Translations under genes and position numbers: made by a program | Notes under the pieces: model-generated | The model's input: the letters and a program-made list of their open reading frames with translations, nothing else | Databases searched by the model: none | Told to the model about the DNA's origin: nothing | In this document: positions 44,220 through 58,613 of the stretch, one piece after another | How positions within the stretch are numbered: the stretch's first letter is position 1 | Layout: each line of letters begins with the position of its first letter | Source: Eledone cirrhosa | Taxonomy: Eukaryota | DNA: 64,000 bases | Assembly (NCBI GenBank): GCA_964016885.1 | Contig: OZ024743.1 | Coordinates: forward strand, 167,462,001 to 167,526,000 | Direction of reading: 5' to 3'

Positions 44220-44320
44220 TATTTACGACCGTTTCATTGGTAAGTGCAACCTTATATTGCTATACTGCAAATAGCAGCCACTCAATTATAATTGTTGTTC
44301 ACGTCCAAATTTTCAAAATA
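44220..44320 (-). ncRNA. HHR variant with U3-A8 core (TTGAAAA) and long stem II
   Basis: TATT-TTGAAAA-tTTGGacGTGaaCAAC...GTTGCACttaCCAAt-GAAA-CGGTCG-TA-AATA; preceded on the minus strand by a pyrimidine-rich region like other PLE 3' ends. Confidence 0.65.
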
Positions 44321-45544
44321 GTGAATAAGTTACACTTGAAATAGTTCTTAATATATAGAGAAAAACATTTATTTGGAATTGTATTTACTAGTATAGAGAG
44401 AGAGGAAGAGGAATTAGAAAGTGAGGAGACAAACGGAATAGTAGAGAGAGAGAGAGAAGGGGGAGAAGAGTTAGGAAGTAGAGTGACAAACTGAGATGGA
44501 GGGAGGGGTAGAGGTGGAAGGATTCCTTGATCAGCTTTGATATGTAGATTTCATGTCGTGGAATGTCAATTCCACGACATTTATACTTTCTCCTATGCTA
44601 CGGGATGTCTCACATGTGTAAGTTGTATTCCTATTCCTACACTGTCCCTCTGTTATATACTATGCTATATACTATATTCCTAGTTTTTCAGTTAATCTGT
44701 AGACTTAATTTACATTTATTGTTGTCATACTACGAGTTAACATTATTATACACACACATACATATATATATTTAAAGTTACAGAAAGTGTCATTGTACAA
44801 TTGATTAGAAAAGTTTGTATTTCCTCAGACATATATATATATATATAAATCTATGGTGCCAGAGCCATGGAACTTTGTTGAGGAAACCCCAACTATATCT
44901 AGCTGGTAGCATCTAGCCTTCTTAACTAGTTCTTACTGTAAGGGTTGTCATATTCCAGGTCCCAATTGTCATGGTTTACTTCCTCTGAACCCTCTTTGGG
45001 GTCTTGTGATATGCAATCTTTGTCTCTTCACCCCCACACTTTTCAGGACATGTCGCGGGCTCATTGCCAGTTTTTTCAGCAGGAAATGTAGACTGCAATA
45101 TATTTTTTGAACAGGCCCCTCTACTCAAGGCCTGAATGTATCCTTTGTTAACCCATCTGAATGACAATGTGGTGTGGTTCTTTTTCGTACCCCTCCCCAT
45201 ATTGCAGTTTTGGTGGTCTTATTCGCATTAGTTTTGGTGGTCTTATTCGCATTAGTCAACAAACTTGTACTTTCTAAATCCCATGAAGACTAGGCTTTTT
45301 TAGAAGTGGCCTTTACTCACCTTATCATAGCTACATCACTGGGTTGTGAAATTATTTTAGGATCTACAGGTGTCACCCATTGCTCCTTCTCCCGTAGTAG
45401 CTTACTGTTGTTGATCGAGAGTTGCTTATTCATCTGGCAGCTGCCTACTTATATCACAACTAACCATCATATTTGGTGACTGTATCGCTATCTACTACCT
45501 GTGACCCATTCTCTAGCAGAACAGCTCTGCCGAGTCATATCTCC

Positions 45545-47170
45545 TGATGGAAAACTTCAATGTACATGTTGGCACTGAGCACCTGACATGGAAAGGAGTG
45601 ATTGGAAGAAATGGCAAACCCAATCTAAATACAAATGGAGAGGCCTTATCAGACTTCTGTTCTAACAAAGGACTCACTATTCTGAACACCTTCTTCCAGC
45701 ACAGAGATATCTATAAATATATGTGGAATAAGAGGACTCATGGACAGAGATCAATATTGTCTCTGATCTCTTCGAATCTGTATTGGATGTTTGTGTTAAG
45801 GGAGATGAGCTGTCAACTGATCACCATCTAGTTATCTGTAACTTGAGACTACCTAAAGCCAAAGAAGCCTACAAAACTAACAGGTCCAAGTCAACCTACA
45901 GGATAAAGTGGTGGGAAGTATTGGTGGATAAGGAAGTCAGAACCAGGTATGCATAAACTATTACAAATTCAAAGACCTCTCTGAACAAACTGAGGACGTT
46001 GACATGGAGTGGAGATTGTTTCTGCTTCAGTTGTTGAATGCTGTGGATGAAAGAGGCTTGGTGTGACGCCAGATGGTAGGAGGACCCTTTGGTTCAATCA
46101 AGAAGTGAAAGAAGTCATCTGAGCAAAGAAGAAGGCCTACAAAGCTTGGGTTAGAAATAAGTCTTCCTTCTTGCATTTGTGGTACAAGCAGGCACATCAG
46201 ATAAGCAAATAAAGTGTTCTGGCAAACCATCCGCCAACTTCGTAATAAGAAGCACTTCTCGACACCTGCTATCAGGAATGCATCGGTGGTTCTCCTCTCT
46301 CCAGAGAGGTGCATCTTCCTGAGGTGGAGAGAATAATTTGCTAATCTCCAAAACTTCATCACAACACCATCATTTGATGTACACAACGTGCATTTGGGAG
46401 TGGTGACTAATCTCTCCAAGACTGAGGTCACAAGAGCAATTAAAGAGCTCAAATATGGTAAGGACACAGGGGAGGATGAAATCTGACCCTTGATATTAAA
46501 ATCCTTATATAATGAAGGCATTCTCTGGCTGATTCATGTGTGTCGGGTGGCCTGGATCCCTAGAAAGGCACCTAAGCAATGGCAATCAGGAGTGATAATC
46601 CAATTTTCAAAAATGGAGACAAGAGAGATTGTTCCAATTACAGAGGCATCTCCTTATTATGTCTCCACAGTAAAGTCGATGCTAAATGTCTGGCAAAGAG
46701 ATGTAGGGAGATTGTCGCGAGTCCAAGGTAGCTGATGAACAGTATGGTTTTCACCTTGGATACAGCACAGCCGACCAAATATTCACACTGTGGCATGTCT
46801 TCAAGAAATCGTGGGAGTATTGCCAAGAAGTGTATTGCTTTGTATGTCTCAAAAAGGCATATGACTGCGTTCCTCGGGACATGCTATGGAAGGTTCTGCA
46901 GGAGTATGGATTGATGGTCAGCTTCTTGCTGTGTCCGAATAATCAAAACCATTCAATGTAGGAGTCAGACTCCGCCAAGGGTGCATACCATCACCTCTTC
47001 TGTTCATTATTTATATGAACAGGATCGACATTCCCAATCAGGTTGTAAATGGTATCATGATTGGCAGGTGTAAAACCAGTTGATTGGAATTGTCAGACTA
47101 TATAGTATTACTTAACTCAACAAAAGGTGATCTCTGATTTGCACTGGTACAGTAATGTGCCACCTTCAAC
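45545..47170 (+). pseudogene. Heavily decayed RTE-like LINE (APE and RT remnants)
   Basis: ENFNVHVG..WKGVIGRNG..LNTNGEAL..ILNTFFQH; NYRGISLL, KKAYD and VRLRQGCIPSPLLFIIYM remnants. Confidence 0.8.
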
Positions 47171-47239
47171 AGAAAAAGGGAGGTAAAAGGGAGGTAAAAG
47201 CCAAACTCGCTATCTTCAATTCAGTATTCATGCCATAAT

Positions 47240-47860
47240 GAAGGAAGTGTGGTAAGGAACCAGATGGACCATAATGCACCAGGGTACTCAATACTTAGGG
47301 TAGTAGAGTGGGTAATAGGAAAATGGTTAACCCCGATGGCAGAGCTCAAGACGTTTTGACGGCTATTTCTGGACTATTTCTGGTGTGTTATGGTCCATCT
47401 GGTTCCTTACCACACTTCCTTCGTTATCTAGCTCCATAGTAGAGCACTTTCCGACCCTACCACGCCATATCCTGACTTTTCCACCCAGCTCTAGTTTCAT
47501 TACACCTACCATGCTATCGACTTCTCCACCAAGAACATCCCAGTTCCACCGAGAAAACTTTATCTTCGGATGCTCACACAAAAAATCGACCTGTTTGCGA
47601 AAAGACTGAGATGAAGAACATTTTTCTACGATAGATACCGCGACAACCAGGACTTCGACACCAAGGAGAGATTCGGATTCAATACCTACAAATCTCCCCC
47701 ACCGAACTCTATGCTCTCATCCTTCGAGAACGACCTCTTCCACCTGGTCTAGAGTATAACATTCAAACCCAGACACAACCAATTCCTACAACTCCGAGTT
47801 TTAGTCCAGAAATAGCCGTCGAAATGGCTTGAGCTCTGCTGTCGGCGTTAAACATTTTCC
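47240..47860 (+). mobile_element. PLE 5' ORF fragment with interleaved short inverted repeats
   Basis: LTQKIDLFAKRLR*RTFF...FGFNTYKSPP...FENDL resembles the N-terminus at 39411-39610; inverted pairs 47240-47282/47380-47422 and about 47336-47375/47803-47842. Confidence 0.6.
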
Positions 47861-47898
<38 letters not shown>

Positions 47899-48689
47899 CA
47901 TTGCATTTATTTGTATGTATAATTATGTGAAGCAAACACTTAAATTTTTTTTTTCAGTATAGATCTTGTTTTCAGCCCAATAATGATAATATTTTGCTCG
48001 GAAATATTTTTAAAGAATGAAAATTTACAGTAATGTAAATTGAATCAAAATTACAAACAGAATTGCTGTTGTTGTTGTTTTTATGTCAGGTTTTTAAGAG
48101 TATAGTTGGACACTTTAGAAGGCATTTTATTCAAGCGGTTTCTCATGACAACAATTAACAATTGCTTCCAGCTTTAGTTTCTTATTACGACAGTGATATT
48201 TTTAGATTTTTATTGATAGTCATTTATTTTCTTTTTATCAATTTTTCAATCTTGTGTGGTGATGGTGGTATTCGAGTTAACGCACCCGCTCCCCCAAAGC
48301 AACAGCAACAACAAAAACCAATAATATATCTAGAAGAATGCTAATAAATAGAAAAAAATTATAATTTCCTGTTCATTGTTTAGGATAAGATTTACTCACG
48401 TTTGATTCAACGTTTCACAGAGTTCACAACAGGATTAATAAACTAAAGAACTTTCAGAAAACTGCATTTAGTAAAAAAACAATCTTAAACCTGTCTGAGT
48501 GCTGGGAAAATATATTTTAAAAAGCTGCTCCTTTTGTAACACTTCTGCTTTATAAATGATATGGTGTGAGAACTTAATAGTATTAGTGTCATTGTAGTAT
48601 CATAGTGGTATTAGTGGTATTCCATTATCATCTTTCTTTAATAATCAACAAGATCCCATACCTCATTCGTTCATCAAGTGGGGCAGAAC

Positions 48690-48887
48690 TTGTTAAATCT
48701 GACCAAGTAAACAATGTTTCCATTGGTCTTCCATTGCTGATACAAACTACTGGTTGCAACTCCAAGTAGAAAGAGCAACAGGAAATAGAGTGTCTTGCTC
48801 AAGGACATAACACATTGCCTGATCTGGGAATTGAACGCGCAACCTCACAATTGCGAATCCAATTCTCTAACCACTAAACCACATGCC
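48690..48887 (-). mobile_element. tRNA-derived SINE, same family as 2741-2938
   Basis: GTGTCTTGCTCAAGGACATAAC...GGAATTGAAC...CTCTAACCACT. Confidence 0.8.
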
Positions 48888-49374
48888 ATCATATATTATC
48901 ATAGTGGTTGATGTAAGTTATGGCAAGGATTTCACAAAGTCAGTATTTGTTCCAGGTCACTATGTCTTGTGTCAATATCCTACCCAGTTTAACTTTGTCT
49001 TTCATTCTTTTGAGGTTGATAATCAGGATCTGGAATCGATTCTTTCTCCCCCGCCCTCTCTCTCTCCCTCTTTCTCTCTCACTCAATCTTTTTTTCTCTG
49101 GAAGAAAGCACTAGTGTTTTGGAAAGTAGTAGGATGGGATTTGTGAGGTGTAAAAGGCCTAAAACATGCCATGTATCAAGATGGTGCACCCACAAATATA
49201 TCAGGAGTCAAGGGACATTTAAATTAACCTTAAATAAAAGTTACTGGGTTTATCAAGTTTGTAATAATATTTTGATTTGCAGTTAAAGCCAATTTACTTA
49301 TATTGCTAGTATTCTTGAGAAGTGAATGAATGTCACACCACCCCCATCTCATTCCACTATATTATAAATTTATG

Positions 49375-49534
<160 letters not shown>

Positions 49535-49561
49535 CATGTATCTATGTATCTATCTATCTAT

Positions 49562-51096
49562 CAAGATCCATCTGCTCCTAAGAACTTCAGACCTATCTCA
49601 CTTTTGAGTCACACCTACAAGCTCTTTGAACGCCTGATCTTCAATAGAATTGGCCCCTTTGTGGACGAATACCTCATACATGAACAAGCAGGCTTCTGCC
49701 CTGGTAAGTCGACAACTAGCCAAGTACTCAACCCCATCCAGTACATCGAGGACAACTTTGAAGAAGGCATGGTAACTGGTGTGGTGTTTGTTGACCTCTC
49801 AGCTACTTATGACACTGTCAACCACAGATGTCTTCTTAGCAAGATTCTGGAGACCACAAGAGACACCTGTCTGATAAAGTTGATGGAAAGCATGCTTGGA
49901 AACAGGCACTTCTTTGTTGAGCCTGGAGGGAAGAAAAGCAGATGGTGAATACTCAAGAATGGCCTCCCACAGGGAAGTGTGCTTGCACCACTTCTCTTCA
50001 ACATCTACACCAACGACCAACTAAAAAGTGCAGACACCCATCGCTTCATCTATGCAGACGATCTTGGTATAGGTGCACAAGACACTGATTTCAAATTTGT
50101 GGAAGATAGACACCTTATGATGAAGAGAACCACCTGTGTGCAAATTAATCCAAGACGCAGGCGTGTGCCTTCCACCTGCGAAACCATGAAGCCAAGTGCC
50201 AACAGAAGGTTAACTGGTCAGGAACCCTCTTTGAACACTGTGAGCACCCAGTTTATCTAGGTGAAACCCTGGACAGGGGTCTCTCTTTTAAGATCCACTT
50301 TGAGAAGACGAAGTGCAAAGTGAATGCGAGGGACAACATCATACGCAAGCTCACTGGCACAACCTGGGGTGCAAACCCACAGACTCTGAAGTCAACTGCA
50401 CTATCTCTCTGCTACTCAGCTGCTGAGTATGCATGCCCAGTATGGGAGTGAGCTGTCCATGTCCAGAAGCTAGATCCCTCCCTCAATGCTATGCCTCATC
50501 ACAGGCTGCCTGAAATCTACACCTAAGGACTGTCTATATATCCTGGCAGGCATAGCCCCACCAGAGATACAACGAAGTGCAGGAAGCATGAAAGAGCATC
50601 AACAACGGACTACAGATCCAAAACATCCTCTCTTCGACCATGTGCCAGCCAAAAGCTGCCTTAAATACAGGAAAAGTTTCCTAAAGAGCGTCACACCCCT
50701 TGGAACACGAAGCATAAGTAGTGAAAGAATCACTCATTAGGAAGAAGAACTTAACAACCTCCCATCTGTAACAACAATCGAGCTAAAAGCGATTGAGGCA
50801 CTGCCCCTTAGAGTAGATACAAAATATGCAGTGTGGAAATGCCTAAACAGATCTGGTTTTGGATGTGCAAAAGTCAATCTTGCAAAATGGGGATATTTAA
50901 AGGATGGGTGTTGTGTGTGACTACGGCATCGAACAACAGACTACGCAGCACCTCCTGATATGCCCCCTGCTGGAACACCCCTGCACAGCATTGGACTTGG
51001 CAGAGTTTAATGAGAAAGGACAGCAATGTGTTCAGCTGTGGCAGAACCACATCTAGCCAAGCTTTGTAACTGACACTCTTGTAGACAAGATAAGAA
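49562..51096 (+). pseudogene. Decayed 5'-truncated LINE, Vingi/Ingi-like RT
   Basis: FRPISLLSHTYKLFERL, FVDLSATYDTVNH, NGLPQGSVLAPLLFNIYTND, FIYADD, LITGCLKSTP..LAGIAPPEI; clade assignment tentative. Confidence 0.75.
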
Positions 51097-51109
51097 TCAT
51101 CATCATCAT

Positions 51110-54100
51110 CATTTTTATGTCCCCTTTTCCATGCTTGCATGGCTTGGACAGGTCCTTTTCAGCACAGCATCTCTCCACCCACTGCATTAGTTCATCATCT
51201 CCTCTGTGATATCAGCTCTCACCACCTCTGCCCAGGTATTTCTTGGTCATCCTTGACTGCAGCTTCCTTCCATTGGGATTTTCTGGTACTTTTTCACCGA
51301 GCGATCATCATTATTGTACATCACATGTCGGTACCAATGTAGTTTTCTCTCCTGCACACCACCAAGCTTCTCTTTCAGATCCTCCAAGCTCTACCTTTCA
51401 GTCACATTTACATTGGATATCCAACAAAGCTTGGTTGATTCATTTCTCTCCAGTCTATGCTTTCCAGTACTCTACTGTCACTGCCCATGTTTCACTACCA
51501 TGCAGCATTGCACTTCATACATAGGCATCATACAGTCATCCTTTTTCATGTAGGTAGAAACCTTTTGTTGTCAACAGTGGGAGTAGCTCTCTAAACTTTT
51601 TCCATTCTATCCCTATTTTAGGTAATATGTTCTCAGAGCACCTTCCTCCACCACTAATTAAGTCACCTAGATAGCAGAAGCTAACAACCACTTTTATGGA
51701 CTCTCCATGGGAGTGCAAAAGGTTTATATCACTGACACTTTTCCCCCTGATTACCCCTGTACACCTACATACATAGTCTTTCCTTTCTGTTAGTTTGCTT
51801 GTTATCTCATATTTCTTGTGTACCCAAGGATTACATTGTGCACATTTTATAGACTTTATATCTATTCCTTTTCTACATATTGAGCAGGGCTACTTCCCCG
51901 GGGGAATTAGGGTCCTATCTTCTTTCCTACTAACTAGCAGTTTAGTTTACTCTCAGACCTTTTGATTCCAAATACTGTTTCTATAGTCGGAACTCATTCT
52001 TTAGTTCATTTATGGATTCAGTAACATCGTCCTAACACCAACAATTACAGGGGGATCTCACTGACGTCACTTGTGGCAAAGACCCTCAACAGGATGATTC
52101 TTAACAGGATCCAGCCCGAGATGGAGAAGAAGCTCAGGGACAACCAGAACGGCTTTAGAGAGGGAAGATCAACCACCAGTCACATCCTGATGCTGAGGAG
52201 GATATTAGAGAGGGCTAGAGCCTTCATGCTGTCATGGTTTTCATTGACTTTAGGAAGGCCTTTGATTCTGTGGACTGTCACTGCCTGATGAAGATCTTAC
52301 AGGCTTATGGAATCTTCAAGAGGATAGTGGACCTGTAGTGGACTCTACACCAACATCAAATCCCAAATCATTACACCTGATGGGATGACGGAGTTCTTTG
52401 AGATACTGGCTGGAGTGCTCCAGGGAGATACATTGGCTCCCTACCTTTTTATCATCGCAGTTGACTATTGTATGCGCCTTGCACTGGAGAAACAACATGA
52501 CTCTGGCTTTACTGTAGCACTAGGTCAGAGCAGGAGAGTTAAGGTGAAAAAGCTATCGGATGTTGAATTTGCAGACGTCATAGTTCTGGTGACAAACACA
52601 GTAAAGGAGGAAGAGGAGTTGATGCAGGAGGTGGAGACTGTATCAATGAGTGTGGGGATAAGAATGAATGAGATTAAGACAAAGTATCTGGTAGAAAATA
52701 TTACGAAGCCAGAGAAGATTATGAATGTAAGCTAGAAGCTGCTAGAATTGGTTGTATCTGGGAACAAAGATTGGAAACACAGAGGATGATGTAGTCGAGA
52801 GGAAGAGAAAAGCCTGGGTGGCGTGCCACAGTTTAAGTCGGACCTTCGTAAAGACCTGAAGATCCGTCTCTTCGTTGCTACAGTGGAGTCTGTGCTGCTG
52901 TACGGGTCTGAGACTTGGACACTGACTAAGAAAGTCACTCAGATGGTGGATGGGTGCTACACGAGAATACTAAGGATGGCTCTGAACATTAATCAGTATA
53001 CACTGAGGATGAAGAACTCAGAGCTGTACGGGAGCCTCCCAAAAGTCAGCTCAAGAGTAGCACAGAGGAGACTGATGTTAGCTGGACATGCTCACTGACA
53101 TCCTGAGTTGACGCTCACTCAGTGCTCCTGTGGGATCCCCTGCATGGACACACTAGAAGAGGGAGACCAAGGTTGACATATGTTGTTACCGTAAGGACAG
53201 ACACTGGTCTCTTGGAGACGCAGGACATGGCAGTGATGATGAGGGACAGTGACCGCTGGAGAGAACTTATCCATAGATCTCGGGAATTTTACCTGCCGTA
53301 TATAGATAGACAGATGGATTCAGCTATAAGGACCAGATCATCTGCATGGAGAAGTTCTCATGGACAGCTAGTCTTAAACTCTTCTGTTAAGGCCTGGAGA
53401 TCTTTGATGAATAGTAGTGGGGTAAGAATCGAACCCTGATGAACTCCTACCTATATTTTGAATTCCTCACTAAATTCATTTCCTAGTCTTACTAGACTGA
53501 CAGCTCCTCTGTACATGGCTTGCACTACTCCTTTAAGGACCACCGGATAATAGATCGAGGTACTCTGTCAAAGGCTTTTTCTAGATCAACAAAAGCTAAA
53601 TATTGCAGCTTATTCTTTTGCTAGGAACTTGTCTTGTAGTTGCCTTAATAAAAGGAGGGCATCTGTAGGACTTTTCCCAGGTGTAAAATCAAACTGAATC
53701 TCATTTAATTTGACTCCTTCTCCAATTAACAATGCTATAACTCTTTCCATCACTTTCATAATTTGGTCCATTAGTTTTATTCCCCTATAGTTGCTCCTTT
53801 CTAGAGTATCACTTTATCCTTGTAGCAATTTATGATTGTACTGCTGCACATCATTGGGCATGACTCCATTCTTTATCACCTGATTGATTATGTGGGTTAT
53901 CAGTTCGACACCTACTTCTCCCAATTCTTGCAACTATCTCTGATGTTCCTACAGCTTTACCATTTTCAACCCTTTGATTGTTTCTTTGAACCTACAACTG
54001 CCAACTTCAATTTGGGTAAGTTGGGGAGGGGGTCTCTCCTCCTCCCATTCATCAATCTCTCATAGTAACATTTCCAGTGTCATTTCTAACTCTCTTTTCC

Positions 54101-54710
54101 CCAACTATATCTCAACTTACACCGAGACACTGCCTTGCAATGAAAAACACTTCATGCCTCTGATCCTCATGTCTCACGACGTGCTGTGTATACTTGTTGT
54201 CTAGCTTCTCTCTTAGCTACCCGAAACTGTTCTACCCTCATTTTTCCAGTCTTTCCATGTCTGTCACTTGGCTTTAATGGTTCTATGCACTGTGCTGTAC
54301 CATCAGGACACCCTCTGTCTGGTTGGCGCTTTCATCCAGCCACAAGTCTCATCAGTAGTTTGCAGAAGGTTGTCATGCAAGAATTTCCAATTGTTATATG
54401 TATCTAGCTCAACACCCTTCTCATGCATCCCATAGGGTCTTTCTAAACCTATATTTAACTGAAAGATCTTCCATCTCCATATTTTCCTGCATATCTTGTC
54501 CTGTTTTGTGTTTATTCTCATGTCACTAACAACCAACTTGTCTTAGGCAGCACATTTTTTCCCAGGGAAAGCCTTAACATCTATTGCAGTCTGTTTATCT
54601 CATTGTCTTACAAGTAAGAAATCAATTTGGCTTGTGTGTTCACCTGATTAATATGTGATCAGGAGGCTGGCCAGTTTCCTGAAATTTCTGTTACAAATGG
54701 TTAGATCAGA
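51110..54710 (-). pseudogene. Decayed RTE-like LINE, interrupted by a nested insertion at 52022-53313
   Basis: VVVSFCYLGDLI, WKKFRELLPLL, NYRGIKLMDQ and VHQGSILTPLLF remnants; similar to 55085-58040. Confidence 0.8.
52022..53313 (+). mobile_element. 5'-truncated LINE (RTE-related RT) nested in the RTE-like element, 10-bp TSD
   Basis: NYRGISL, QNGFREGRST, GVLQGDTLAPYLF, EFADVI, LLYGSETW; ATGGATTCAG at 52012-52021 and 53314-53323; (GATA)-like tail. Confidence 0.8.
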
Positions 54711-55084
54711 AAGAAAGAAGGCAACGTGATTGCTTGATGACAGTCAAGGGGTTCTCACACATGGCTACTCTAGCCACTCCACTATTCTGTGCAATATTAA
54801 CATAATTAGTGTTAACTCTGTATATGTAAGTAATCTTAATCCTATTTGTTATGCTTTTCATGATTTTGGCAGGTTTGTTTCTGGCTGGATGCCCTTCCTA
54901 TTACCAACCAATTTACACGATGGACAGGGTGCATTATTCATGCCATCTACACTAGAGGGGTTGTCTTACTGGAGTCAGGAGTCCTCTCCACCCTGTATCA
55001 GTTCTTATTTGGAGTGTCTACTCTCCTAGATGTGTTGCCTTCACTATGGCTTGTTGAGTCCAATATCATCATCATTATCATCAT

Positions 55085-58040
55085 TTTACGTCCACTTTTC
55101 CGTGCTTGCAAGGGTGGGACGGTTCCTTTTCAGCACAGCAACTCTCCATTCATCATGGCCCTTCGTCATCTCCTCTGTGAGCTTAAGCGATCTGAGGTCA
55201 GCTCTCACCACCTCCGCCCATGATTTTCGTGGTCTTCCTCTACTGTGTCTTCCTTCCACTGGGATTTCTTGGCACTTCTTTACCCAGCGGTCATCCTCCA
55301 TGTGCATCACATGTCCATACCAACGCAGTCTCCTCTCCCGCACACTACAGTTTATCCCTCTTATACACAGTTTCACTCTTAACTTGTCTATACTTGGTCG
55401 TTCATGCACATTGACATTGCACATCCATTGGAGCATGCTTGTTTCATTTCTCTCCAGTCATCGCATATCATCCACAGTTGCTACCCATGTCTCACTACCA
55501 TGCTGCATCATATAACCGGCCTTTTGTTCATAGGGAGAAACTCTTCGTTGTCAACAGAGGAAGCAACTCCCTAAACTTCTTCCAACCCGTCCTTATTCTA
55601 GACACTATGGCCTTGGAGCACCCACCCTTGCTAATCTGATCACCTAGGTATCGGAAGCTATCAACCACCTCTATAGATCCTACCTGCATTTGAAAAATGT
55701 GTCTATCACTGCCAGTTCTACTATCACATTTCCCTGAACATCTACTGCATATGTAGTTTTCCTTTCCTGTCAGTTTGCCTGCTATCCCACTACACCTCTG
55801 GTGTACCCAAGATCTGCATTATGTACATTCTATAAAATTTATGCCCACTCCTTTTCTACATATCCAACATGGTCATTTCCCTGATGGAATCAGAGTTTTG
55901 TTCTCTTTCCTACTTATAAACAATTTAGTCTTAGCTAGATTCACTCTCAGTCCTCTTGATTCCAACTGCTGTTTCCATAGCCAGAATTTATTCTCTAGCT
56001 TCTCTACTGATTCTACTATAAATACAAGATCTTCAGCATAGATAAGTTCCCATGGGTCTTAAATGCCTCTGTTATGGCTTGGAGAACTATAATGTGTGGG
56101 CTGAGGACCAAACCCTGATGCACTCCTACTTGTATCTGGAATTCCTCACTAAACTCCATTTCTTCTCTCAATTTACTGACAGCTCCTCTGTACATAGCTT
56201 GCACTGTCCTCACAAGCCATTCCTCTACACCTAGTTTCCTTAGGGACCACCAGATGACAGATTGAGGTACTTCTCTAGGTGAAGAAAAGCTAAGTATAGT
56301 AGTTTATTCTTCTCTAAGAACCTCTCTTGTAATTGTCTCACCAAGAAGAAGGCATCTGTTGTACTTTTCCCAGGCACAAAACTAAACTGCATTTCATCTA
56401 ATTTGACCCTTTCTCTAATTAGTTGTGCTAGCATTCTTTCTGCCAATTTCCTAACCTGATCCATCATTTTTATGCCCCTATAATTGCTCCTCTCCAGAGC
56501 ATCCCCTTTACCTTTATAGCAATTTATAAGAATACTGCTGCACCACTCTTTGGGTGTGACTCTGCCATATATAGCTTGATTGACTATGTGTGCAACCAGT
56601 TTAGTTCCTACTTATCCTGATGCCTTCAGTATCTCATCAACTATTCCTGATGGTCCAGCGGCCTTATCAATTTTCATTTCCTTAATTGCCTCTTGGACCC
56701 TATAGTCGTCAATCTCAATTGCTGGTCCCTCTGTTGGGTCTACTGGGGGTAGTTTCCCTCGCACCCATTCATTCTCAAAATTCATCAGTCTCTCATAATG
56801 ACATTTCTAGGCCTCCTTTTTCCTGGCATCAGTGACACTAAGTGCACCAGCATCATTTCGAACACACTTATCTCCAACAACATCCCGATTTACACTGACA
56901 TACAGAACATGGCACGTCTCTAATCTTTTCATCGCAGAACATTGGCAACCTCCTACTCTAAGCTTCTCTGCGTGCTAAATATACCTGACGTCTAGCCTCT
57001 CTTTTAGCGGCTGAGTATCGGTCTCTACTCCCACCATTTTTCAAAGCCTTCCATGCTTGTCTTTTGTCTTTAATGGTTCTATCTACCATGCTGTTCCACC
57101 ACCAGGTCACCCTCTGTCTCGTTGGAGCTTTGCAGTAAGTTGTCACATAAGAACTTCCAGTTATCATCTGTGTCATACAATTCTAATTTGTCTTCTTTCT
57201 CGTCATACACACCTTGAAGGGCTTTCCTAAATTTATATTTTAATGAAAGGTCTTTTAGCTTCCATACCTTCCTTTTCCATACCTTCGTGTGTCTCATTCT
57301 GTGTCTTGCTTATTGAGATGTCACTAATGACTAACCTATGTGTGTGTGTGTGTGTGGGGGGGGGGGGTACATTCTTCCCCAGGGTATGCCTTAATATTCG
57401 AAACCATCTGTCTGTCTCATTGCCTGACTAGCAAGAAGTCAATCTGGCTTATGTGCTCACCTGGTTGGTAGGTTGGTAGGTTTCTTGAAGTTAGTGATGC
57501 AAATGGTTAGTGCACTTGCATCACAAAATTCAAGAAGCCTCACTCCTTTATTTCTTGAGCCATAACCATGACGACAATGTATCCCAGTGTATCCATCCTG
57601 GAGCTGTCCAACATGACCATTGAAGTCACCTGCTAGTATAACTAGGTCTCTGTCCCCTGTCATTATGGTTGTCTCTAGAAGTTGCTTGTAAAAGCAGTCC
57701 TTCTCATCTTTACCTAGGCCCGCTTGGGGAGCATAGGTAGAGATAATTGTCAGCAGTATCTTGCCTACAACTAAGCTAATCTTAATTATTCAATTACTGA
57801 CTCCAACTACATCTATTGTCTTATTGATCCACCTCTCAGCCAGTAAAATGCATACCCACCTAACCCATCATCATTTCCTACCTGTTTGACTGCGATTAGT
57901 CTTGCTGAGGCACATCTCCATTTCACCTCTTGCACGCAGCACACATCCACATGTTTTCTCTCTAGCATTTCCACTATCTCACCAGATCTACCTATCAGGG
58001 TGCCAACATTAAATGTGCAACTCTGAGATGTGACATCTTT
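55085..58040 (-). pseudogene. Decayed near full-length RTE-like LINE
   Basis: TFNVGTL..VDVCCVQEVKW, LAGDFNGHVG, TWWWN, QFSFVPGKSTTDA, VGVHQGLVLSP, RRLRWYGHVMHM..RGRPRKSW. Confidence 0.85.
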
Positions 58041-58613
58041 TGTTGATTTTTCCTTTTCTGCAAAGAAAAAATATTTATAATCATTAACATCATTATCACT
58101 GTTGTTGTTGCTATTGTGCGATTGCTTGAAGACGGTCGGTGGTTCTCGCACATGGCCACACTAGCCACCCCACTGCCGTGCGCAGTCCTAACATGGTTAG
58201 TGTTATTGCTGTTTACACAGTTATTGATATACTGGTTGGATGCCCTTCCTATCACCAGCACCACTTTACAGCATGGACTGGGTGCTTTTATTTGTGCTAC
58301 CAGCACTAGAGAAGTTGTCTTATTGGACTGAGGGGGCCCTCTCTACCCCATAGTTTGGTATGGTTTTTAATGACTGAATGCTACTACCATTTCCTCCATT
58401 TTACAGCATGGACCGGGTGCTTTTATTCATGCCACCAGCATGAGTGAAGTGATCTTACTGGACTTAGGGGGTTTCTCCACCCTGCACCAATTTATTCGGA
58501 GTGGTAGCTCTCCTAGACGGGTTGCCTACACTATGGCTTACGGAGCCTCCGTCCGCCCCGTAGATATACACATACACTGAAGATTTTGACCACAGCTCAT
58601 ACAATAGACAACT

